The position numbers were made by a program, and so were the translations under genes. The notes beneath the pieces are model-generated. The model did no database searches, was not told the origin of the DNA, and saw only the letters and a list, made by a program, of their open reading frames with translations. A stretch of 63,683 bases of DNA, counting the filler, from Reticulomyxa filosa (taxonomy: Eukaryota; Protista; Foraminifera): assembly GCA_000512085.1 (NCBI GenBank). It is 20 parts of 20 records of this genome, joined end to end, with 100 filler letters (N's around TTAATTAATTAA, not from the genome) between each part and the next. Parts side by side here need not be neighbours in the genome. Positions count along the whole stretch, not along the records: positions 34,686 to 42,245 come from ASPP01006385.1; positions 42,346 to 47,348 come from ASPP01020194.1; positions 47,449 to 48,863 come from ASPP01003994.1; positions 48,964 to 50,045 come from ASPP01035851.1; 16 more parts are not named here. One strand, 5' to 3'. Within the stretch, counting starts at the first letter, position 1, and each line of letters starts with the position of its first letter. This document shows positions 38,966 to 49,960 of the stretch, piece after piece.

Positions 38966-40186
38966 ATAATACACTAATAAATAAACAGTTCAGAGAAACA
39001 TAAAACAAATGCTGAAGCAAAGCCAAAGCTGGAAACGCAAGTGAGATGCATCGTGTCAATCCAAAAGGGGATGAAACCACTGACAATAAGGAACAGCAGG
39101 TAGAGCCACCAACAACATTGAAAACAAAATTATCTTTTTTTTTTGTTATCCAGCAAAGCATACGTTTCTTGCAAAGTCTATGTTGTTTCTTCATGGACAA
39201 AAATGTGTATCAGAACGAAACAAAAGGGGTATCGACAATAAAATCGAACATCCCAAATGTAGTTTGTGAGAATTTGCCAGTAAAACCCGTTTTTGACGAG
39301 TGCAAATAGCTGGCCTTATCACAAGGTGGGCAGTTCACCCGCGTTGTGTCCAACGTCGTTACCAAAACTGCCGCTGCATCCAAGTCATGGCCCAATCGAA
39401 TCACTGTTTCAACCGTATCTTTTAGACTCCACGGGAGCGCTTCGTCCGGTTACATTGTCAAGCAATCAATGGGAGCATTCTCGATTACAACTGCAGCAAC
39501 ATCAAATTCCTGTTGTCACCTTCTCTTCTCTTCAAACAAAACTCTACGCTTATATGGTCACTATACCCATCGATATCTCTATTTCCATCACAAAAAGCTC
39601 TGACCAATCAATCCACACAATCAATGATAACAATGTATCTCTCCAAACAAAGCTCAATCCTGTGTCTATCAATAATAATAACATTAACAGTAATAATATC
39701 AGCGATAAAAGCCTTTTTTTGAATATGGAATCAACGAAATCGAACCACTTGTCGTTCCTTTCCACTCATCCTTTGTCGTTCCTTTCCACTCATCCTTTGT
39801 CGTCTGTCAAACCACTGCCAATGATGGACGCATCTTCACGTATACGTCCGTCCGTCAATCTTTCCTCTAGTACTCCCACTAATAGGGCAGTTCCATCAAA
39901 TGTTTTTAACAATCGGGCTTTTGTAGGTCCTTTGCCCACAATTATTAACAACAGCCTCCATCGTCACGTTGACGCTCCTCATACCAATATTAAATATTTA
40001 GACCGCTCAATCAACAGTGTCGCCTCTGCTTCATTGTTACCCAATAAAGGACATCTATCTCAAAATAATTCCAATGTGTCTTCGTTCAAACATCAGCTTC
40101 ATACTCATGTCAACTACAATGTCCTACAAGCAAATTCACCGGCTATCGCCGGTAAAGCAAGTCCGCAAATACAATCACCACATTAG
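36528..40186 (+). CDS. Large spliced low-complexity hypothetical protein (Lys/Glu/Asn/Ser rich)
   Basis: Chain of + ORFs (36457, 36926, 37504, 38311, 38555, 39046, 39293) separated by short introns or poly-A frameshifts. 24-nt tandem duplication LSFLSTHP x2 at ~39749-39803. Confidence 0.55.
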
Positions 40187-40888
40187 CATGTGGTGCAAAA
40201 TCATAACTTTGAATGGATATTGCTAGGTTTTAATGCCTCATAATATTTGCTTTTTTTTGTTGTATTGTAGTTGAACTAGCTTTGATAGGGATGGGGAAAA
40301 ATATACGTAAAATGTCATTTATTTCAAAATTTTGTTTTGAGCGAAACAATTATTGAGATGACTCATTTCAACTTATAAATGCTGGCATGAAAAAAGATTA
40401 ATGTTCTTGCCTACTGTTGTAAATTTTAATTGCTTTGTTGAAATTATGAATGTTTGTTTGCTTATGAAAAAACGAGCAGGCAAGATAAAACATTGCTTAG
40501 ATTCTTTTTTTAAATTTTTTTGCTTTGTGTGCTTCTCTTTGTGTTTTATTGTGAGTTTAACTTCTTTTTCGATATGATTTGTTTTTCTATTTTTATTTGT
40601 GTTTATGTTCTTTTAACAATTCTTAGTAATAAACTTTTTTCACCTTTGATTCAAAAGTCATTGACAACGGCCATTTGTTTAAATTATCATTACACCTCTG
40701 CATCATTGGACAAAAATCAAACATTATCATTATTTAAAATTACGTTAATGATGTCAAAATGTAATTTCAAATATCTAAAGAAAAAGTGCATATAATCATC
40801 CATAACAAAGACAAAAGATAATAGAAAAAACTGAATGTGAATAAAAAAGTAAAAAAAGGGTGATTTTTATTATTCACACCTATTCATA

Positions 40889-42245
40889 ATGCAAGGTACC
40901 AAAGAAGACGATATAAAGAAGAATGACAGTTCTTTTTGTGTCGACAAACGAGGAAATCGTAAAGGTTCCGCAGGTACCAATCTTGTGGTCTACAAACCAC
41001 ACAACATTATGCCTCTTCCTTCATGTGCCAATCTCGCTATTTATCAAAACTTTGTAATATTTTTTGTTCCATGTTTCCTCTTTGTTTCCATTGTCACTCT
41101 TCTCTCAGCTACGAATCATAATGGAGGAGAGAAAAGCCTTTGAACATTTCATCGAATTTTTAAGTGTCCTCAACAAATTTCCCCAAACTCCCCTTTTGTA
41201 CACAATGGAATGTAGTTTTGCATGAATTGCGGTGTCAAACATTCCCTGAATGATTGTAATTATCCAAGACAAAAACTATGCGTGGCATTGAATACACTGA
41301 TTCATCAAAAATATTTTAGGTTTGTTTTTTTTAAAAAAGGTAACCTTTGAAACAAATCGACTATTTTCCAAACAGAAACGGCAAAGCGCATAAATCACGG
41401 ATGCAATTACTAAGTGTTCGCTTTCCCTCGCAGCGATACCATAACCATGAAACCAGATCAGAAAAACGTATGACTGCTTTCATTTGGGAAGAGAGAGAGA
41501 GAGAGAGAGGACAAAGGAGTGGAAAGGAGAAGAGCGTCAAAAAAAAGTTTGTTTGTTTTGTTTTGTTTTGGACATTGCAAACGTACAACTCTGACAATGA
41601 AGCGGAAGCGATGGATGTGGACTCGCGACCAAAGTCTGAGGAAGTAGAAGACGAAGAAGACAAAGCATTACAAGAATTTCTCAACAGTGAGTTTCCCGAC
41701 ATAGATCAGCAGGAGAGAAAGAAAGTCGAAGCCATGGAAGTCGATGTTGACAGCGATAACGATGACACAAATGCAGGAAATGCAATGGAAGAGAAAGAGA
41801 ATAGAAGAACACAAGGCAATAGAATAGATAATCCTAACGGCCAAACACAAAACGCAGGGGGGGTACCTGAGTCTCTTATGCATGTGGAAGAAATTAGACA
41901 CTATATCACTCCATTGCGACTCTTTCGCCATAGCAAAGCTTTTCGATTCAACGGAAACGGCACTAGAGAAAACTATTATAACAAATTTAAACGCAGAGAC
42001 AAAGAAGGGAGCTGGCAAAAGCAAAATAGAGGCCAATACAGTCATTGGGGCAGATACAACTACTCAAAATACGATCAAGTATCAAACACAAATGAAGTGG
42101 GTTATGCACAAAAGTCGAAAGCAAAGGAAAATGATAAAACCAAAAGAAAACAAACGGACATGCAAAATGAAACTGATAATAAAAACAAAGATAAAAATAA
42201 AACTGAAAATACAACCGAACATCGAAACACAACCGAATATAAAAC
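40889..42245 (+). CDS. Spliced hypothetical protein with CCHC-like zinc knuckle and acidic region (3' truncated)
   Basis: Exon ~41109-41281 reads ...CSFCMNCGVKHSLNDC (Cx2Cx3Hx4C). Downstream ORF is acidic and Asn/Lys-rich. Confidence 0.5.
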
Positions 42246-42346
42246 NNNNNNNNNNNNNNNNNNNNNNNNNNNNNNNNNNNNNNNNNNNNTTAATTAATTA
42301 ANNNNNNNNNNNNNNNNNNNNNNNNNNNNNNNNNNNNNNNNNNNNA

Positions 42347-42385
<39 letters not shown>

Positions 42386-42409
42386 TCTCTCAACAACAAA
42401 AAAACAAAC

Positions 42410-42629
42410 GTAACATTTGTGTTGAAAACTTTGAAAATTACACGAGTGAAATGTTCGATTCACATTATTGTGTATGATGACATCACCGGTGAGAGTGTCA
42501 TCGTTGTTATTGAATTGATCACCCGGGATGGAATACGATGTGTTTGTATAGTTTGCGGTGCAATATTTGATATGCCATAAATTCAAATGCATTGTTATTT
42601 CCTGATAATTTTCGCTTTTCATTGTTTCA

Positions 42630-42660
<31 letters not shown>

Positions 42661-43410
42661 GAACAAAACAAAATAAATTCTTTTTTTTTTGTTTGATACG
42701 AAGCTAAAGTGTGGACATATTCACTTACAACTTCGAAAAAAAAAAAAAAAAAAAAAGGGGGACTGAACTTTGATTGAGGAGACGTTGTAAATGGTAAATT
42801 GAAGGACTGATCACGCAATATGGCGCTGAAAGCACTTGGCGTTGTAGTGGTAACGTTGCTGTTGTTCATTGCATTTTCATAAATGGTTTCCGTGATTGTG
42901 CTCCAATAGTATACTGGGCACATTGACATGTTCAACAGAAATATTATCAATAATGCCAATGTTGACATTCCTCCTGTACAAATACTACGCCATCGTTTAT
43001 CCCCATCCATATGCTCTACTGTTTCTTTTTTGTTTTGTTTTGTTTGTTTATGTGATCAGCTTTACTTGTTTCTGCTTGTTTTTTTTTTTTACTCCTCGTT
43101 GCTTTCAAACCTATAAACAATAAAGATACCGAGAAAACATGCTATTGACCACGTGCAACAAAAACAATCTCCAGGCACATGAAACACAAATTCAAAAAAT
43201 CTTTGAACTACTGCTTGCTGTCTTTGAGCCATGGGTCAAGTTCAATTTGTGAATAACACTTGAGCGCCACTAAGGCCTTTTGTTTGCTATTATCACAATT
43301 TGAACCTATCACCCCTTTTTTTAAAAAAAGGACTGAAAAAGTCTTGCAAGCTTTCACTTGTAATTTGGTTTGCAACTTTTGGCAGTTTGTCTTTTCCATG
43401 GTGGTCATCA
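42410..43410 (-). CDS. Hypothetical membrane glycoprotein, 5' exons (truncated)
   Basis: SICTGGMSTLALLIIFLLNM TM segment followed by several NxS/T sequons. Exon structure uncertain. Confidence 0.45.
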
Positions 43411-43628
43411 CTTTTTTTTTTTTCCAGTTAACTTGAGAAACAGAAATCATATCAAATTAAATTAAATGCTGCGCTTTCAAAATCATGAAAGAAAAAAATT
43501 AATTGATTTTTTAAAGGCAAAATAAAACTGTATAATGAAAATTTGACGATTGAATTGCTATGCTTTATTTACATTGAAAAAAATTTAAAAAGAAAGATTT
43601 TGCGAATTGACGGAGAGTTGAAAACGGA

Positions 43629-45490
43629 TCATACTGTACTTGTTTTTTGAGAATTAATTGTCGAAAAAGGTCGTGGGTTGATCATGTGGATATCATTTGG
43701 AGGAATTTGCATCCCATGAATAGCAATTCTTCCATTTCCGCCCCTATTCTTGCAACTTTCAAATTGGTTTCCTCCAGTACAAATAATAGTGCCAAGAATA
43801 TGTTGAAACTGTGTGCTATCGGACATGAGTAGGATCAATACTGATCCTCCACTTCCTCCACCTCCACAAACGTATCCACCATGACCATTGCCACCTTTAC
43901 ATTTCAAAACCCCATAATTGACAAAATGTTTTTGGACAATAAGATGAATAATTCCACCACCTCTTCCCCCTTTAAGTGTATCTCCATTACGATCACGTCC
44001 AGATCCTCCACCACTCCCATAATGGATTTGCTTTAATAGTGTTTCTTCACCATAGCATTTTCCACCTTTGCCAAAGCATAACTCATTATTATTTTCTTCT
44101 TTTCCTTTTGTTCCATATCCAGCACCACCTCCAATCCTCCAATCATTGCTCATCGCTTGTCCACCTTTTCCAATCCCATCATCAGATGCAAACCCTAATT
44201 CCGAGCAATCGATACAAGAAGAATTACATTTGATCAACAAATGGCTTGTTTTAATTTGTAAGTATCCAAAATCATTGTCCTTGTATTTATCACAATCAAC
44301 AGTCAAAGTGACCTTTTCTCCGATTAAATAGATGCCAAATCTATATTCATTCCACTCTTTATTTTTCAGCTTAATTGTCTTGTTATTTTCGCTTATCAAC
44401 AAAAAGTCTTTTCCATTTATCAATGAACAGAATGCTGGCAAAAATGAAAAATACTCAGATAAATGTTGGCAGGTCCTTTCGAGTGCCTCCAACACAATGA
44501 ATTGCTTGTCTTCCTCCATTTCTTTGTTTTCCAATGGCGAATATAACATCTTTTCGTTTGCATTTTTTTTATCATTTTCTTGCAAGTCATTTCTGTCTGT
44601 TGTATTATTTGTCCCGCTTTCGATTTCCAAATTTAATTCTTTGCTTTTTTTTTCGACTATCTCTTTGTCATCAAGTCTTGATTTCAATTCTTCTACTTCT
44701 TTCTAATCATATTTTTTTTTTCGTTCAATTCAAAACGTACAAACAAAACAAGTTTGTTAATAATTGTTTCAGGAAACAATGACAAATCGAACAAAATTAA
44801 TTCAAGAAAAACCTGACATAATTGGATTTGATCTGCTTTTTCTTGCAATGCATTAGACAAGTCTTTCATTTTTTGGTTCAAAAATTGAATTTGATTCATT
44901 GCCATTTCCAAATGGTTTTGCATTTGTGCTTGCATGTGATCGTCGTAATTATGTTTGTACAATACACATTCGCAACCAAATAGCTTGAATCTACATTCCA
45001 GTGGCATTAAGGTACAAGATGTTTTCAAATGGTCTTCGATATCCCTTATTGGTCCTTTGTATTTACAAATGAACTTTGATTCATCCATTTCATTCCTGAA
45101 ATCGAGCTCATTATGTTTCTTTCCTTGGACCAGAAACTGATATTGTCGAGGGCAAATTACAGACAAATTGTCAATTTGTTGCTCAATTATCGTATTTTTG
45201 AAATACTGACAATTGCTATGCTTTTGAATAGGACAGCTTTGGCCATTTTCTCTCAGATACTGGTGCAAACAATCCTCTCCCACAATCACCATTTTTTCAT
45301 TTGTATGTTGGATACAATTGATTTCCATCGGATTTTTCGTAATTTGTTGGCATAAAAAACACTCGTAATTCTTGACGCTTCCTTCGCTACCTGACAACAA
45401 TAATACCCATGCCTTATCATAACAGTCTAAGGTGGACTTTTCGTCGGTATTCATAGTTCTATTTTCTTCTGTTAACTGTAATGAAGACAT
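43629..45490 (-). CDS. RING-like/TRAF-type zinc-finger + coiled coil + C-terminal glycine-rich domain protein (two exons)
   Basis: Exon 1: CFLCQQ..C..H..EDC..CP, then ICPR..CKYKG..DHLKTSC and ECRFKLFGC..DDHMQ..H. Phase-0 intron 44812-44703. Exon 2: GGGAGYGTKG, YGSGGGSG, GGRGGGIIHL, GGGGSGGSVLI, GGNGRIAI. Confidence 0.85.
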
Positions 45491-46667
45491 TACTTCTTCA
45501 TGATTTGCTATCTATGTTTGTAGGTTCAAGAAGAATCAAGGGTTTGATTTATTGCCCAAATTAAACAGAAAAATTCGACCGTGATTTCTTTTAAGAAGTG
45601 CTACTTTAAGTGTAAAAATAATAAAGCAGACTAGTACAGAATTCTTGTTCTTGTTTGATTAAACATAACTTTTTATGCAATTGAACGAACGATGTTCGGT
45701 GTTAAATTTTGTTTAAAAAGAAATAACCATACATCCAGTATTTTTGCTTTATATCTTTAATATTTTTACATTTTGATGACGTAGGGCAAGGCCTGTCTGT
45801 TGTCAAGGTTCAAGTGAATACTGAAATCCCTTTTTCCCCAAAACTTTACTGGTTTTTTCTTCAAAGAAGAATAACAGTTAAATTAAACACTAAAAACAAG
45901 ACAAAAATGAGAAAGTAAGAAGTAAGCTGTGACGTAAAAAAAGAGGAATTCAAGTCTCACTTGAATCTGGCCAACAACCAGTAGGGCACCATCCTACAAA
46001 GCGTTTTTAAAATATTTCACAATAAATGTTTTATATCAATTTTTCAAAAAATAACAAAATTTTGCAATGAAAACGAATAACAAAAATTTGTTGAAAAAAA
46101 TACATTAAACGCAAAAATCATCAATAGAGCTAAAAATTACTTTATGGGTTATTGGACTCTCTGCTTAAACTTTGACTTTTTCACAGTTGCGATTGATTCT
46201 GCACCTGCCATATTGTTGCTGTTGCAATTTATGGTATGTTTGTTGTATATTTTGGTCAATCAGTTCTTGCAATTGCTTTTGCATCTTTACCAATGGTGTC
46301 CACTTGTTGTATCAATTATATTTTTTTAAGTTGTTGTTTGGTGTTAAAAATAATAAAAAACTAAATCTTAATCTAATTTGAAAAATTGAAATTAAAAAAA
46401 AAGATTCTTTTGATAAAGAAGTACAGCATTATTAAACTATTTCAAATTAATTAATGAAAACATATAATTTACGTAATTACATAGTCTTTCATGATCATTT
46501 TGAGATTTCGCTGTGTATGAAAAAATCGTTAAAACTTTTCAAAACCTTCATTTATAGTGCAAAAAATTGGATTTCTTGTTGTTGTAATTTTCTTTCGAAT
46601 GTGCAGAAGGTACCCTTTTTTTTTTACTTAAACTTTTTCTTGTAAAAAGTCATCTCCTTTTTCCACA

Positions 46668-47237
46668 ATGGCTTCAGGAAGGGCGATCACAACACCCTTA
46701 AGTCCCAAGTGTGTATATTTGTGTGTGTATGTATGTGCAACATGTATTTGCATCTTCCCCTCTCCCTCCCTCCCTCCCCTGAAGTTTGACGAAGGAAGAG
46801 TAGAATGCAAGAATGTGGAATGTATGGAACAAGTGGTAGTTTTTGTTTTTGGACAGCCATCAGAAAGAGCTTATGCATCCGCCGAGCGGCACTACTCACA
46901 AGCCCAACAAACGAATACTTCATTCTTCCAAATGTGAGCGATGGAATTGGTCGGAATATATGAAACGAGTGGCAACCTACACAAGCTCGAAATGGGTTGA
47001 AAAAGTTACGCTTCCCACGCACACATACAAAAAAAAAAAAAAAATAAGTGTAAGTAAGTATATATATAACTATAAAAATGAATATATGATTGATTGAATC
47101 AAAACAGCCTCAAAGAGTACGCGCATTGACATGTGCGCGTCACGGATGGATATGCACAAGTGTGAATACTTTAAAATGTGTGTGTTGCTCGAAAGTGTTG
47201 GTATGGACCAACGAAAGCAAACTACCAGATGATGAAA
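46668..47237 (+). CDS. zf-C3HC (ZC3HC1/NIPA, Rsm1/Pml39-like) protein, 5' exons
   Basis: Splicing 47004 to 47108 gives WSEYMKRVATYTSSKWVEK|PQRVRALTCARHGWICTSVNTLKCVCCSKVL, matching the RxxTF..W..KP..CAxxGW..LKCxxC consensus. Confidence 0.8.
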
Positions 47238-47308
47238 GTTGGTGAATGGAATGATTCATTTCTCAAAACAAAGGGAGAGAGAAAGAGGGAGGTGGGGGGG
47301 GGTGCCTT

Positions 47309-47348
<40 letters not shown>

Positions 47349-47489
47349 NNNNNNNNNNNNNNNNNNNNNNNNNNNNNNNNNNNNNNNNNNNNTTAATTAA
47401 TTAANNNNNNNNNNNNNNNNNNNNNNNNNNNNNNNNNNNNNNNNNNNNTATATATATATATACAAGCAATACATATTTTAAAAAAATAC

Positions 47490-48247
47490 CTGACTTGGAA
47501 TAATCTTTGTTATCATCATTGCCATTAACCTGATTTGTATCGATACTATTTCCAGAATGTGAGGAAATGGAGTCCCAATAATAGTTGAGCCAATCATCTT
47601 GAAATAATTTTGGAGTCACAAAAAATGATCAATAGATTTTTCTTTGCAATGCAGTTGAATATGCCAATCCTTGCAGTACAATAAATTATTAGTACATTGA
47701 GGATAAAATATCTATTTCATTTGCTCATCATTTACTTCTTTTTTGAATGTGTGGAATGATATGTTTCTCTTTTATATCCCTTTGATTCGCTTGATTAGAT
47801 TCCCAATAATTCATGTAATCTGATAATGTCATCTCTGTCCGTTTTTGATCACTGTGGTATCACCAAATTTCGTCTTCACATAATTCGTATTTAATAAAGA
47901 CTCAGTTTTTGTTGAAGGATGGAGCCAATCTTTTGTTATGTTCCAATTATTGCTGATATTTCTTTTTTTATTTTTATATTTCAATAAAAAGAATATTTCA
48001 AATTATTTTTAAAGGAATATTTTACAAACTGAATGATACAAGGCTGATTTGGAATTAAATGATACCAAACAAAAACTTGATAAGTCATGTTTGATATGTC
48101 ATACACTGGAATTTTTTCTGCTCGGTATTCCTTCACCACACGCTTAGGAGGTGACCAGTTTGTCCAAAATTGCATTGCTACTTTTTCAAATACTAATTTA
48201 TTGTTTGGAAGTTTTGATAGTTGGCCTTTTTTGAGAGTATTTGTCAT
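47490..48247 (-). CDS. JmjC-domain protein, JMJD4-like (3' truncated, several frameshifts)
   Basis: HLIPNQPCII, EMTLSDYMNYW, LYCKDWH and TPKLFQDDWLNYYW motifs. Confidence 0.75.
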
Positions 48248-48650
48248 CTCTATATCTTCAAAGAAAAAAAAAAGGATCCTTTTCAAAAAACTTTTTTAAA
48301 TTGCTTGTCAACAAAATTTTTTTTTATTAGATAAAGTTTTTAGGAATAAAAATTTAAATTTACCTATCTGCTACCAATACTGGATTGTTTACAACCGTAT
48401 GTGTAACTTCGACCCTTTATTCTTTTTTCACAAAATTTTAATTAATTTAAATTTGGTTTTTCAGATATACATTTCCTTTTTTTTTAAATCTTACAAAAAG
48501 ATGTTTTTGGTGACGTGCAACTGTAAAAAAAAAGTGAACTTAAATTTTTTCCTTTTTTTGAACAAAAAAATTTTGGGAAGAAGATAATTTTGAAAGTGTT
48601 TGATTTGCAATCAAATCTTACTATCTCAGACACTTTACATTGTTAATCTA

Positions 48651-48767
48651 ATGGGCAAACAAAAGAAGAAAGGTGGCATCAGTCAATTGAACAACAGACT
48701 GAAACTTGTTGTAAAAAGTGGTAAATACGCAATTGGATGGAATCAAGTCTTGAAAAACATTCGTCTG
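48651..48767 (+). CDS. RPL30: 60S ribosomal protein eL30, first exon (truncated)
   Basis: INxRL-like LNNRLKLVVKSGKYAIGWNQVLKNIR, then a GT donor at 48768. Confidence 0.9.
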
Positions 48768-49544
48768 GTGATAAAATTATTATTTTGTTACATTTTTTCC
48801 TTTTTTTCCCCCCCTCTTGAATACAAATCAAAATTAGAATGAGGGAAATAATTATTTTTAATCNNNNNNNNNNNNNNNNNNNNNNNNNNNNNNNNNNNNN
48901 NNNNNNNTTAATTAATTAANNNNNNNNNNNNNNNNNNNNNNNNNNNNNNNNNNNNNNNNNNNNCACGTTGGTAAACTTGAATTAAATTTTAAAAAACAAT
49001 CTTATCATATTTAAAAACTACACGATTTGTAGATATTTTTTTTAAAAAAATTTTGATTAAATGTTGTTTTTTCATGGAGAAACACAATCATCTCTATAAT
49101 GTGGCATTTTAGGTGTCAACTTTCTTTTTTATCTTACTGTATTTGAATCAAATACATCTCAAAGTGAATGTATTATCTTTTGAGCAATACGACTTAGTAC
49201 TATCTGAAATAATTGCGTGTCTTTGCATTTTTGTCACTTATATCAAATATTTTTAAAAAGTTTTATCTTGAAGGAGAAACTTTTAAAAGTAAGGAATGCA
49301 TTTATCAATCTTTGGCATTTTGCTATCGTGAAATTTTTTTTTTTTTTAGCAAGAATAAGATCTTATCCAAGTTTAAAAAGAGCACCTCGTCCCAAAAGGA
49401 GCACAGTACTCTAAAAAAAACAAAATAAAGGAAAAGATTCACAAAAAATTCTCAGACTCACATACAATCGACAATAATAAGTGAAAAAAAATTAATTTTC
49501 AAGTTTTAACTAAACTTCAAATTAAATCTCAAAGGTTGAATGGT

Positions 49545-49960
49545 GGATCAATCAACAGTTGTGAAAACAATTTGGCTCTTCCCTGTGGAGTGTCAGGGGG
49601 AATTACAGGAGCAAAGTTAATGATCAACCGAATCCTCTGAGCCTTTGTTTTTAAAGTGTTGAAGTCTCATAAAATATTGAGATTCAATCCACTTCTTTTA
49701 ACAAATTAAAGCACCAAAACAAAAAAAAATAAATTAAAACACTTACAGCAATCAAAAAGTATGTGAATATTGAATTGCCATTTTGGCTCATTTAATAGAA
49801 AAGTGGTTCAATTTTATGAATTTCATTATGTTTCGAAAGCCCTTTTCGGCTGTTTCGTTCGGTACCTTGTAAATCTTTGATCTTGCGCAAAATCGCAATC
49901 TCAGATATCTTGAAAGTTTCAACTAGTATAAACATTTTTTGTCTTAGATAAAAAAATTTT
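49545..49960 (-). repeat. Dispersed repeat, inverted homolog of 11340-11705
   Basis: Reverse-complement match of several 20-35-nt blocks. Confidence 0.85.
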
